Source: an uncultured Syntrophaceae bacterium | GTDB taxonomy: Bacteria > Desulfobacterota > Syntrophia > Syntrophales > UBA2210 | Length of the DNA stretch: 64,000 nucleotides | Assembly (NCBI GenBank): GCA_964540715.1 | Contig: CAZINZ010000001.1 | Location: 21,806 to 85,805, forward strand | Reading direction: 5' to 3' | Shown here: positions 27,667 to 36,283 of the stretch, in pieces | Layout: each line of letters begins with the position of its first letter | Position numbering within the stretch: the first letter of the stretch is position 1 | Position numbers and translations under genes: made by a program | Notes under the pieces: model-generated | What the model was told of the DNA's origin: nothing | Seen by the model: only the letters and a program-made list of their open reading frames with translations | Databases searched by the model: none

Positions 27667-28170
27667 TCAGATCTTCTCTATCTGGAAGCCTTCAAGCTGG
27701 ATGGCCACAGAGCGTTGGAGCATGTCTATGGATACAACAAAAAGGCTCCTGCGGTAATCGGCCCGTACTACAATCCCTTCTATGTTCCTGAATGGACCGT
27801 CCGTTATCTTCGCCCGCTCACCTTCTTTCGGGTATATGTAAGGCTGAATTTCCACATCTGAAGCTATCAGGCGTTTGATCGCATCTATCTGCAAATCGGG
27901 GATACGTATCGGCTCGTAACTGTCCGGTTTGTCCAGCATCCTTACCACACCGGGAGTGGTGAGGACATTGATTTTTCTCTCATTTGTGTATTCAGGAAAC
28001 TCCACAAAAAGATATCCTGAAAACATGGGGATCATTATCTTCTTTCTTCTGTCTTTTCTCCGGCTCCAAACCTCTATCTTCGGGAAAAAAGTTTCCACCG
28101 ATCTCTCAACAAACCCGGCATATACCTTATCTTCGAAACGACTCTTTGTGTAAACCGCGTACCAGGGCAT
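27667..28170 (-). CDS. specialised NusG paralog (RfaH/UpxY-like antiterminator)
   Basis: 167 aa. The NGN-like N-terminus is WYAVYTKSRFEDKV...PMFSGYLFVEF, and the KOW-like region is GERAKITDGPFRNIEGIV. Confidence 0.7.
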   Translation of the reverse strand: MPWYAVYTKSRFEDKVYAGFVERSVETFFPKIEVWSRRKDRRKKIMIPMFSGYLFVEFPEYTNERKINVLTTPGVVRMLDKPDSYEPIRIPDLQIDAIKRLIASDVEIQPYIYPKEGERAKITDGPFRNIEGIVVRADYRRSLFVVSIDMLQRSVAIQLEGFQIEKI

Positions 28171-28171
28171 A

Positions 28172-29260
28172 TCAATTTTTTCTCCTTAAATATGTAACGA
28201 CATCCTCGCCGTTCCTGCGGACCCGTTCAATCTTCAGCGCAATACAATCGTCAATACGTGATACACCCAGATCACCCACCGCCTCTATCCCCCTGCCCAG
28301 TATCTTTGGCGCGGTGATGACAATTATTCTGTCAAAAAGTCCCTCCTCCACAAAGGAGGTGATAATACCCGCGCCTCCCTCAACGAGGACCGAGGATATC
28401 TGCCTTTCACCAAGTTCCGACAGCAGTGACTTCATATCCAGCTTGCCTTTATCGTCCACATCGACAGTCAGCGTCTCGACTCCTTTTTCATTTATTATGG
28501 ACAGTCTGTCACTCCCGTGAGAAGGCCCTGTGATAATGAGCGTCTTGGCAATATCCTGATTATCGAGGATGCGTGCGCCGTGCGGGATTCTCAGGATGGA
28601 ACCGGCAACAACCCTCAGCGGGTTCCTACCCCTGACCAGCCGAACCCGAAGATCCGGATCATCAGCAGAAACCGTCCCTGTCCCGACCAGGACCGCATCA
28701 TGCCTGGCCCTTAACCTGTGCGCGAATTTGAGAGATGGCTCCGAGCTTATCCACCGGGAGTGGCCTGTGGATGATGCTATCCTCCCGTCCAGGGTCTGGG
28801 CGTATTTCAGCGTAACAAAGGGCATGCCGGTTCTCATAAACTTGAAAAACTTTTCATTCAGCTTCTCGCACTGTTTTTCAAGGACTCCCACTTTCGTCTC
28901 TATACCGTGTTTTTTCAATGCTCCGATCCCTTTTCCTGAGACGAGAGGATTGGGGTCGACGGTTCCAATGATCACCCTTGATGGCTTTGCTTCGATGATT
29001 CTGTCAACACAGGGAGGCGTTTTTCCATGATGTGAACAGGGCTCCAGCGTAACATAAAAAGTGGCTCCTTCAACGGATGCGGACGCATCATTGATCGCGT
29101 TAACCTCCGCGTGCGCCTCTCCGTATCTCCTGTGATATCCACGCCCTATTACTTGTTTGTCTCTAACAATAACAGCCCCCACCATGGGATTGGGACTCGT
29201 CCATCCCTCTCCCCTGAGTGCAAGCCTTAGGGCCATCTTCATATAATATTCGTCAGTCAT
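28172..29260 (-). CDS. ribD: bifunctional riboflavin biosynthesis protein RibD (deaminase/reductase)
   Basis: YMKMALRLALRGEGWTSPNPMVGAVIV, HAEVNAI, TLEPCSHHGKTPPC, LKYAQTLDGRIA. The start was chosen at MTDEYY (29260). Confidence 0.9.
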   Translation of the reverse strand: MTDEYYMKMALRLALRGEGWTSPNPMVGAVIVRDKQVIGRGYHRRYGEAHAEVNAINDASASVEGATFYVTLEPCSHHGKTPPCVDRIIEAKPSRVIIGTVDPNPLVSGKGIGALKKHGIETKVGVLEKQCEKLNEKFFKFMRTGMPFVTLKYAQTLDGRIASSTGHSRWISSEPSLKFAHRLRARHDAVLVGTGTVSADDPDLRVRLVRGRNPLRVVAGSILRIPHGARILDNQDIAKTLIITGPSHGSDRLSIINEKGVETLTVDVDDKGKLDMKSLLSELGERQISSVLVEGGAGIITSFVEEGLFDRIIVITAPKILGRGIEAVGDLGVSRIDDCIALKIERVRRNGEDVVTYLRRKN

Positions 29261-29467
29261 GATCTTAAACCCGGAACAGAATGTCCATACCACGGACGGT
29301 ATACTATACGGCACGCATCATGTAAAGAAAAGTGATGGTCCCGCCCTTATCCGCATTATCCGGTTGTCATGGCCTTTCCAAATGTGCTATGAAGGCTTCA
29401 AAATCAGCCTAAGTGAAAGAACCGATCCCGACAAATCGGGAAGTGCACTGAACGAGAGGAGATATAC

Positions 29468-30196
29468 ATGAAGGGAATCGTTCTCGCGGGGGGGCTCGGC
29501 ACCAGGATGCACCCGCTTACAAAGGTCACCAACAAGCATCTGCTTCCAATCTATGACAAACCCATGATCTATTACCCGATCACCACTCTGGTGAATGCCG
29601 GGATAGACGAAATACTCATTGTGACGGGGGGTAATAACGCCGGCGATTTCCTGAAGCTGCTGGGAAATGGAAAGGAGTTCGGACTCAAACACCTGAATTA
29701 CACCTATCAGGAGGGAGAAGGCGGTATAGCGGACGCCCTGAGCCTGGCGGAATTCTTTGCCGATAATGACAAAATAGCCGTAATGCTCGGAGACAATATC
29801 ATTGAAAAGAACATAAGGGGCGCGGTCGAAGACTTCAAAAAGCAGAATGAAGGAGCCAAGGTGCTGCTCAAAGAGGTTCACGACCCGCAACGGTTTGGCG
29901 TTCCGGCATTCGAGAATGACAGAATTGTCGGCATCGAAGAAAAACCTTCAAAGCCCGCGTCTTCATACGCGGTTATCGGTATTTATATGTATGACAACAC
30001 CGTCTTTGATTTCATAAAGACACTGAAACCCTCGGGCAGGGGTGAGCTGGAGATAACCGACGTGAACAACTATTACATAGACAGGGGAACCATCACCCAT
30101 GACATCCTGGACGGCTGGTGGACGGACGCAGGGACATTTGAATCACTCCAGTACGCGGGAAACATGGTCGCACAAACCGGGGCCAACAGGGTGTAA
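29468..30196 (+). CDS. sugar-phosphate nucleotidyltransferase (short RmlA-like glucose-1-phosphate thymidylyltransferase)
   Basis: MKGIVLAGGLGTRMHPLTKVTNKHLLPIYDKPMIYYPI, GGIADAL, GELEITD. Confidence 0.8.
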   Translation: MKGIVLAGGLGTRMHPLTKVTNKHLLPIYDKPMIYYPITTLVNAGIDEILIVTGGNNAGDFLKLLGNGKEFGLKHLNYTYQEGEGGIADALSLAEFFADNDKIAVMLGDNIIEKNIRGAVEDFKKQNEGAKVLLKEVHDPQRFGVPAFENDRIVGIEEKPSKPASSYAVIGIYMYDNTVFDFIKTLKPSGRGELEITDVNNYYIDRGTITHDILDGWWTDAGTFESLQYAGNMVAQTGANRV

Positions 30197-30233
30197 CAAA
30201 CAGGAGACAGGGGTCAGCAAGCAAAATAAAACA

Positions 30234-30388
30234 CAATCGTTCACAGTTTACCGTTATCGGTTCACGGTTGAAAAAAACAGAGAATTAAAATCAATGCCAA
30301 AAACACTTCAATCGTTATGCTTCGCTAATAGTTTTATCGCTTACTGGAAAAACTGTGAACTGTGAACCGACAGCCGTGAACGATTACA
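30234..30388. mobile_element. MITE-like non-coding insertion between the rmlA-like and rmlC-like genes
   Basis: 10-bp perfect terminal inverted repeats AATCGTTCAC (30235-30244) / GTGAACGATT (30376-30385), with subterminal CGGTTCAC/GTGAACCG copies. It is flanked by a 9-bp direct repeat AATAAAACA (30225-30233 and 30388-30396). No ORF. Confidence 0.5.
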
Positions 30389-30416
30389 ATAAAACAACCA
30401 GTCAGGGGGCAGCATT

Positions 30417-30872
30417 ATGATAGAAGGGGTAAAAGTCAAGGCGTTGAAAGTTATACCTGATGAACGTGGAAGGTTGATGGAGATACTCCGCCGCGACGAT
30501 GAAATGTTCGCGGGATTCGGACAGGTTTACATGACAACCGCCTATCCGGGTGTGGTAAAGGGATGGCACTACCATAAGAAGCAGTCCGACAATATGGCCG
30601 TGGTAAAGGGCACCATGAAGATCGTCCTGTGTGACGGAAGAGAAGACTCCCCGACATACAGGGAGGTAAATGAGTTCTTTGTCGGAGAACACAACCCCAT
30701 CCTGGTACACATACCGCCTTATGTATATCACGGATTCAAGTGCGTCTCGCAGGAGGAGGCCATCGTTGTAAATACCCCAACCGAAACATACGACTACAAA
30801 GAGCCGGACGAATTCCGTGTCCACCCACACGATAATGACCTGCCTTATGACTGGGAAAGGAAGGATGGATAA
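30417..30872 (+). CDS. dTDP-4-dehydrorhamnose 3,5-epimerase-family cupin (short RmlC-like)
   Basis: 151 aa with PDERGRLMEILR, GQVYMTTAYPGVVKGWHYHKKQ and HIPPYVYHGF. Confidence 0.75.
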   Translation: MIEGVKVKALKVIPDERGRLMEILRRDDEMFAGFGQVYMTTAYPGVVKGWHYHKKQSDNMAVVKGTMKIVLCDGREDSPTYREVNEFFVGEHNPILVHIPPYVYHGFKCVSQEEAIVVNTPTETYDYKEPDEFRVHPHDNDLPYDWERKDG

Positions 30873-30951
30873 GGGCAGTAGTCAGGGGTCAGTGGCCAGT
30901 CCCAACGAATCGGGATTCAGCAACCCACCCGTTTTCTAACTCCTGCCTCCT

Positions 30952-32346
30952 TCACTTCTTAAGGTATTCATCAATTGCCCTGGCTGAATTTCTGCCGGCG
31001 CCCATGGCGAGAATAACAGTTGCTGAACCGGTCACTATATCTCCGCCGGCATAAACCCCCTTGCGGCTGGTCTCGCCCGTTTCCTCGTTCGCAACAATAT
31101 AGTCCCAGCGGTTTATTTCCAGCCCGGGAGTCGTGGAAGCAACCAGCGGATTGGCCATTGCCCCTACGGCAACCACAACCGTATCCACATCTATAACGAA
31201 CTCGGAATCTTTTACCGGAACAGGTCTGCGCCTGCCCGACTCATCCGGTTCACCGAGCTCCATACGGATGCATTTCATCCCTGTAACCCATCCATTCTCA
31301 TCGCCTGTATATTCTATCGGATTGGTCAGGAGTCTGAACTGTACGCCTTCTTCTTTCGCGTGATGAACTTCTTCGGCCCTCGCCGGCATCTCGATTTCGG
31401 TACGGCGATAGATGATGTACGCATTATCCGCACCCAATCTCAATGCGGTACGCACAGAGTCCATGGCGACATTACCACCGCCGATAACAACTACATTCTT
31501 GCCGCGAACTATCGGAGTGTCATACTCTGGGAATCTATATGCCTTCATCAGATTGGATCTGGTAAGATATTCATTGGCCGAATAAATGCCGGAAAGATTT
31601 TCACCCGGTATGTTCATGAAGACAGGAGCGCCAGCGCCAACTCCAAGAAAGACGGCATCAAAACCCTCTTCAAAAAGTTCATCCACCGTCTTTATCCTTC
31701 CTATTGCCGCATTGACTACGATTTTTACACCCAGTTTTTCAAGATAATTAACTTCCGCGTCCACGATGCTCTTTGGAAGACGAAACTCCGGAATGCCGTA
31801 AATTAAAACGCCTCCGGCTTTGTGAAGGGCCTCAAATACAGTAACATCATGGCCGACCTTTACCAGGTCCCCTGCAATCGTCAGCCCTGCAGGTCCGGCC
31901 CCTACAACTGCGACCTTTTTCCCGGTGGGCAAAGCAACCGCAGGAATCATTATATTGCCCGACTCACGTTCATAATCGGCAGCAAAGCGCTCCAGTCTCC
32001 CTATGGCAACAGGCTCACCCTTCTTTCCAAGAACACAAACCGCCTCACACTGGTCTTCCTGTGGACAAACCCTTCCGCAAATAGCGGGAAGCGCGTTTGT
32101 CTCCTTCAGCTTGAGGGCAGCCCCGATAAAATCCCCCTCGGCAATCAGTCTTATGAATCCGGGTATATCCACATCCACCGGACAACCAGTAATACATAAG
32201 GGTTTTTTACACTGGATACATCTCTTTGCCTCGAGCATAGCCTGCTCTTTCGTATAACCGAGAGGAACCTCATCGAAATTCGCGCTGCGAACCTTTGGAT
32301 CCTGCTCCGGCATATCCTGCCTGGGAATCTTGTCTATTTTACTCAT
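30952..32346 (-). CDS. nfnB: NADH-dependent reduced ferredoxin:NADP+ oxidoreductase subunit B (GltD-like)
   Basis: RCIQCKKPLCITGCPV, ICGRVCPQEDQCEAVC, VAVVGAGPAGLT, GGGNVAMDSVRTA, GGDIVTG. The start at MSKIDK (32346) overlaps the nfnA stop (ATGAGTAA). Confidence 0.8.
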   Translation of the reverse strand: MSKIDKIPRQDMPEQDPKVRSANFDEVPLGYTKEQAMLEAKRCIQCKKPLCITGCPVDVDIPGFIRLIAEGDFIGAALKLKETNALPAICGRVCPQEDQCEAVCVLGKKGEPVAIGRLERFAADYERESGNIMIPAVALPTGKKVAVVGAGPAGLTIAGDLVKVGHDVTVFEALHKAGGVLIYGIPEFRLPKSIVDAEVNYLEKLGVKIVVNAAIGRIKTVDELFEEGFDAVFLGVGAGAPVFMNIPGENLSGIYSANEYLTRSNLMKAYRFPEYDTPIVRGKNVVVIGGGNVAMDSVRTALRLGADNAYIIYRRTEIEMPARAEEVHHAKEEGVQFRLLTNPIEYTGDENGWVTGMKCIRMELGEPDESGRRRPVPVKDSEFVIDVDTVVVAVGAMANPLVASTTPGLEINRWDYIVANEETGETSRKGVYAGGDIVTGSATVILAMGAGRNSARAIDEYLKK

Positions 32347-33166
32347 GACATCTGCACCCCTTTCTGGCTTCCTCTTCTTCACCATTATACATCCTGAGGC
32401 GGTTCGTCAGGAGATCAAAGTCCACATCATGCCCATCAAACTCGGGACCGTCGACGCATGCAAATTTCGTCTTCCCTCCAACGGCAACACGACACGCACC
32501 GCACATACCGGTCGCATCTACCATGATCGGATTCAAACTTACGATGGTCTTTATTTTATAAGGTCTTGTGACCTCGCACAGAAACTTCATCATCGGAACC
32601 GGGCCTATAGCGAAAACCCTGTTAATAACCTCTCCAGATTCAATGAGATCTTGCAGCACATTCGTCACAAAACCATGCACTCCATAGCTTCCGTCGTCGG
32701 TGGCTACAATGAGCCTGTCACATATCTCCCGTATCTCGTCTTCAAGTATAAGAATATCTTTTGTCCTGGCGCCTATAATGGCTATCACCTTGTTGCCAGC
32801 CTCCTGGAGGGCTTTGATTATCGGATAGGCGACACCGATGCCCACACCGCCGCCGACAACTACGGTAGTCCCAAATTTTTCCATTTCCGTCGGCGTTCCG
32901 AGCGGACCCAGAACGGCAAAGAGGTCTTCTCCCTCCTTCATTGCCGCAAGGCACATAGTGGTCTTGCCAACGACTTGAAATATAATGGTCACCGTTCCCG
33001 CGTCTTTGTCGGAATCAACTATGGTCAGGGGTATACGTTCCCCTTTCTCATCGGTCATAATGACAACAAACTGCCCGGCTTCTCTCTTTGTCGCAATCTG
33101 GGGGGCATCAATCGTCATTCTGAATACATTTTCAGATAACCGCGTATTTTTCACTATTCTGTTCAA
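32339..33166 (-). CDS. nfnA: NfnA (sulfide/dihydroorotate dehydrogenase-like FAD/NAD-binding, 2Fe-2S)
   Basis: 275 aa with PGQFV-type RxYS region (AGQFVVIMTDEKGERIPLTI), GGGVGIGVAYPI and MCGACRV..FACVDGPEF. It uses a TTG start with a GGAGGTGA SD. Confidence 0.8.
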   Translation of the reverse strand: MNRIVKNTRLSENVFRMTIDAPQIATKREAGQFVVIMTDEKGERIPLTIVDSDKDAGTVTIIFQVVGKTTMCLAAMKEGEDLFAVLGPLGTPTEMEKFGTTVVVGGGVGIGVAYPIIKALQEAGNKVIAIIGARTKDILILEDEIREICDRLIVATDDGSYGVHGFVTNVLQDLIESGEVINRVFAIGPVPMMKFLCEVTRPYKIKTIVSLNPIMVDATGMCGACRVAVGGKTKFACVDGPEFDGHDVDFDLLTNRLRMYNGEEEEARKGCRCHE

Positions 33167-33271
33167 ATCCTCACCTCCAAAACCATCTTGTATATGTCAA
33201 TCATACAACTCTTAGGAATCAAGAATAAATAAGTTATACAGATTGCGCCGTAATTTTGTTTGTTTTTAAGG

Positions 33272-33313
33272 TGTGTTGAAGCAAGCATAACGTGTTATGT
33301 AAGCTTTGACACA
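33272..33313. promoter_or_regulatory. nested inverted repeat upstream of nfnAB
   Basis: TGTGTTGAAGC-aag-CATAAC-gt-GTTATG-taa-GCTTTGACACA. The outer arms are 11 bp (2 G-U if RNA) and the inner arms 6 bp perfect. It lies ~110-145 nt upstream of the nfnA start. Confidence 0.4.
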
Positions 33314-33410
33314 ACACAGAAAACAGGCAAAAGGACACTTGCTGACTTAGTACCATATTCTGACGGAGTGTCCATGTCAACCACTACCAGATGAAAACAG
33401 ACAGCTCGAA

Positions 33411-33440
33411 ACAAAAAAAGCGGAGACAAGCTCCGCTTTT
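33411..33440. terminator. terminator after the hdrL...flxA-like operon
   Basis: GCGGAG-acaag-CTCCGC, with AAAAAAA upstream (a U-run on the minus strand) and TTTT downstream. Confidence 0.75.
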
Positions 33441-33468
33441 CATAAAACATATCTGAAATCACATTAAT

Positions 33469-34320
33469 TCAGTATTCCTTTGTAAGTTTGTCCAGCTCTG
33501 CCAGCGAAAAGACCGGTCCGTCCTTGCATACGTACTTGCTGCCTACGTTGCAGCGTCCGCATTTCCCTATGCCGCATTTCATCCTCATCTCAAGAGAGGT
33601 GTAGATATTCTCCTTCGAAAAACCGAGCTTGAAGAAGACCGGAAGAGTAAATCGAATCATGATGGGGGGACCGCAGATGACTGCCACCGTGTTCTCCGCG
33701 CTGGGGGCAACCTCTTCGCATACCGTTGGAACAAATCCCTCTCGCCCCTTCCAGGTTTCGTCTCCCTTGTCCACCGTCACGTTCATGTCGATGTCGTCTC
33801 GCTTCTCCCAGGCCGCAAGCTCGTCCTTGTAGATCAGGAGACCTGGCTCACGGGCACCGTATACCACCGTGATCTTACCAAACTTTGCCCGGTTGTCTTC
33901 ATGGAGCATGTAGTTGATCAGGGACCGCAGGGTCGTAAAGGCGAAACCGCCTCCTACGATCACGATGTTCTTACCCTGGAGATACTCGATCGGCCAGGTG
34001 TTACCCAATGGGCCACGAACACCCATGCGGGTACCCTCTGCAAGCTCGTGAAGTTCCGACGTGACAACCCCAGCCTTCTGAACCGTAAATTCCAGATAGC
34101 CGGGATTGGTCGGCGATGAAGCTATCCCGATCGGTGACTCCCCCTTGCCGAAGATCGAAAGCTCCCCAAACTGACCGGGCAGATAGGCAAACTTATCCTC
34201 ATCCTCCTTGTTGACAAAGGTGAAACGAAAGGTCTTGATGTCCTTCGTCGTTACCTCCGTTATGATCTTATCCACATCAACGGGCATCGGTATGTATGGG
34301 TTTTGCATCAGTATCTCCAC
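33469..34320 (-). CDS. FAD/NAD(P)-binding oxidoreductase with C-terminal 2Fe-2S (FlxA / sulfhydrogenase gamma / AsrB-like)
   Basis: 283 aa with LPGQFGELSIFG, VGGGFAFTTLRS and CGIGKCGRCNVGSKYVCKDGPVF. Confidence 0.75.
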   Translation of the reverse strand: MEILMQNPYIPMPVDVDKIITEVTTKDIKTFRFTFVNKEDEDKFAYLPGQFGELSIFGKGESPIGIASSPTNPGYLEFTVQKAGVVTSELHELAEGTRMGVRGPLGNTWPIEYLQGKNIVIVGGGFAFTTLRSLINYMLHEDNRAKFGKITVVYGAREPGLLIYKDELAAWEKRDDIDMNVTVDKGDETWKGREGFVPTVCEEVAPSAENTVAVICGPPIMIRFTLPVFFKLGFSKENIYTSLEMRMKCGIGKCGRCNVGSKYVCKDGPVFSLAELDKLTKEY

Positions 34321-34323
34321 AAA

Positions 34324-35349
34324 CTATAGTTTAGAAATGTCTGTTACGATTTTTCGTATGTCAATATTCACAGGGCAGTACATCACACAGCGCCCGCATC
34401 CGACACAGGCAACGGCATCAAAGTTGTCCACAAAGTACTTGAACTTGTGCATGACCCGCTGACGCCACCGTTCCTTCTGGGAAGAACGGGGATTATGTCC
34501 CGACGTCTCCACCGTGAAGAGCCACGACATGCAGGAATCCCAGGAGCGGATTCTCCTGCCATCCTCTTTCTTGACCTCATCGGTTATATCAAAACAGTGA
34601 CAGGTGGGGCAGAGATACGTGCACGTGCCGCAGGCAAGGCAGCTCTGATGGATCGTATCCCAGAAGGGATCTTCAAAATTCTCATCCAACCAGGGCTTTA
34701 TCGCGCGTGCCGGTACCGCTCCGTTGACTTCCTTTTCAGCGGCATCGGACAGTTCCTGTTTCTTTACATCGAGAGCCTCATCCGCCACCGGGAGGTCTCC
34801 CATTTTTTTCAGAAGTTCTTCACCCTTCGGGGTTACGAACTCGGCGAGATAGGTATCCCCCATGTCTATCAGGCATACATCGGAACCTTCGGAAGAGAAG
34901 GGATGCCCGTCCACAGAGGTGCAGAAGCAGGTGGTGTAGGGGGGATGGACACAGGCCAGTGAAACGACGGTGGTCTTTTCCCGGCGCTCGATATAGTAAG
35001 GATCCTTGTATTTCGGATCGTTAAAGACATTGTCAAGGAGAACAAAGCTTCTTGCATCGCAAGGACGAACGCCGAACAGCACCGCTTCTTGTGCCGCTTC
35101 CTCCACGGTGGAGAGTTCCTTACCCCTCTCCGTTCTCATGTATCTCATCATGACTTCGGTCTGCGGGAAAAAGAAATTCTTCGGGGCGTTCTTCGTATTA
35201 TCAAAGGCCAGAAGAGGTTCCATCCCCTTCTCCAGGACCTTGAAGAGAACATTGTCCTCATCCCGGACGGGGGCATATACAACCGTGCTCTCTGCCATAT
35301 TCTTGATTATACCAGCCAAGGTGGATTTTTTTATTACTCTCTTTTCCAT
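34324..35349 (-). CDS. 4Fe-4S dicluster protein (FlxB / sulfhydrogenase beta / AsrA-like)
   Basis: 341 aa with CLACGTCTYLCPTCHCFD and CVGCGRCVMYCPVNIDI. Confidence 0.7.
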   Translation of the reverse strand: MEKRVIKKSTLAGIIKNMAESTVVYAPVRDEDNVLFKVLEKGMEPLLAFDNTKNAPKNFFFPQTEVMMRYMRTERGKELSTVEEAAQEAVLFGVRPCDARSFVLLDNVFNDPKYKDPYYIERREKTTVVSLACVHPPYTTCFCTSVDGHPFSSEGSDVCLIDMGDTYLAEFVTPKGEELLKKMGDLPVADEALDVKKQELSDAAEKEVNGAVPARAIKPWLDENFEDPFWDTIHQSCLACGTCTYLCPTCHCFDITDEVKKEDGRRIRSWDSCMSWLFTVETSGHNPRSSQKERWRQRVMHKFKYFVDNFDAVACVGCGRCVMYCPVNIDIRKIVTDISKL

Positions 35350-35394
35350 ATCTTCCCTTAGTTGCCTCGTTTATTGTGTCAAAATGTAAAAACC

Positions 35395-36246
35395 CTATAG
35401 CAACCCCAATGATGCCAGAAGGGGTCTCGGGTCAACGTTGTGCATCTTGAACCACTCTTCAGTCCCTTTCAGGCCCAGGGCAAGCGCTATCAGTTCTGTA
35501 AAGTAGAATGCCGGCAGCCTTCCCTTTTCACTGGCCCGTGTATCCAGGTTGGCGAAACAGATCGGGCACGCCGTCACGATGCAGTTCGCCCCGGCCTCTG
35601 TGGCCATCATCATCAGTTTGTCGACTAGATGTACGACTATCTGGGTATTGGTGAGGGTCAGGCTCCCTCCGCAACAGTCCGTTTTGCATGACCAGTTGCG
35701 GGCATTGGCACCCAATACGCTCATGATCCCATCCATCATATATGGATTTTCGTAATCGTCGAACTGGCATACCTCGGGCGGCCGCAGGAGAAGACATCCG
35801 TAATAGGAAACCGGCTTCAGGCCATCAAGCTTTCTGGTTACAGTTTTGCCCAGTTCCTCAAGGCCTACGTAATTGTATATAATGTCTATCGGGTTCCGTA
35901 CCGAGACACTGGCATCATACTTCGCGCCGATGATCCCCTCTACCTCAGCCTTCAGGGCGTCATCCCCTTCGAGGTGGTACTGTGCGCTCTTGAAACGATT
36001 AAAGCAAGCGGCGCAGGGGACCATCATGTCCCGATTATTATCCTTCTGCGCAGCAATAATATTTCGCGCCGGAAGGGCGACAGACAGCTTAAAATTGGTC
36101 ATATGGGCCGAAGACGCGCCACAGCAGGACCAGTCATCGACTTCCTGCAACTCAATCCCCAGGGCACGGCTGACGGCCTTCACCGACTGATCGTATTCCT
36201 TCCCCGTGGCGTGAAGCGAACATCCTGGATAGTATGAAACTTTCAA
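35395..36246 (-). CDS. hdrB: heterodisulfide reductase subunit B-like (two CCG domains)
   Basis: 283 aa with YYPGCSLH...WSCCGAS and YYGCLLLRP...DCCGGS. Confidence 0.85.
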   Translation of the reverse strand: MKVSYYPGCSLHATGKEYDQSVKAVSRALGIELQEVDDWSCCGASSAHMTNFKLSVALPARNIIAAQKDNNRDMMVPCAACFNRFKSAQYHLEGDDALKAEVEGIIGAKYDASVSVRNPIDIIYNYVGLEELGKTVTRKLDGLKPVSYYGCLLLRPPEVCQFDDYENPYMMDGIMSVLGANARNWSCKTDCCGGSLTLTNTQIVVHLVDKLMMMATEAGANCIVTACPICFANLDTRASEKGRLPAFYFTELIALALGLKGTEEWFKMHNVDPRPLLASLGLL

Positions 36247-36283
36247 CTACAGCCTCCTTCAACCCCGGGCAGAAGCTCACACG

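Noticed and set aside
29261-29467. Possible FMN (RFN) riboswitch in the 200-nt leader of ribD
   Set aside because: The minus-strand leader has several hairpins (TCCCGA-tttg-TCGGGA, AGGCT-gattttga-AGCCT) and faint similarity to RFN segments (ATTTGG..AAAGGCC..GACAAC..GGATAAGGG). It lacks the invariant core blocks (GGGCAGGGTGAAATTCCC, ACCGGCGGT, GCCGACAGT..AGTCTGGATG). An Infernal scan with RF00050 would settle it; by eye it is not a canonical FMN riboswitch.
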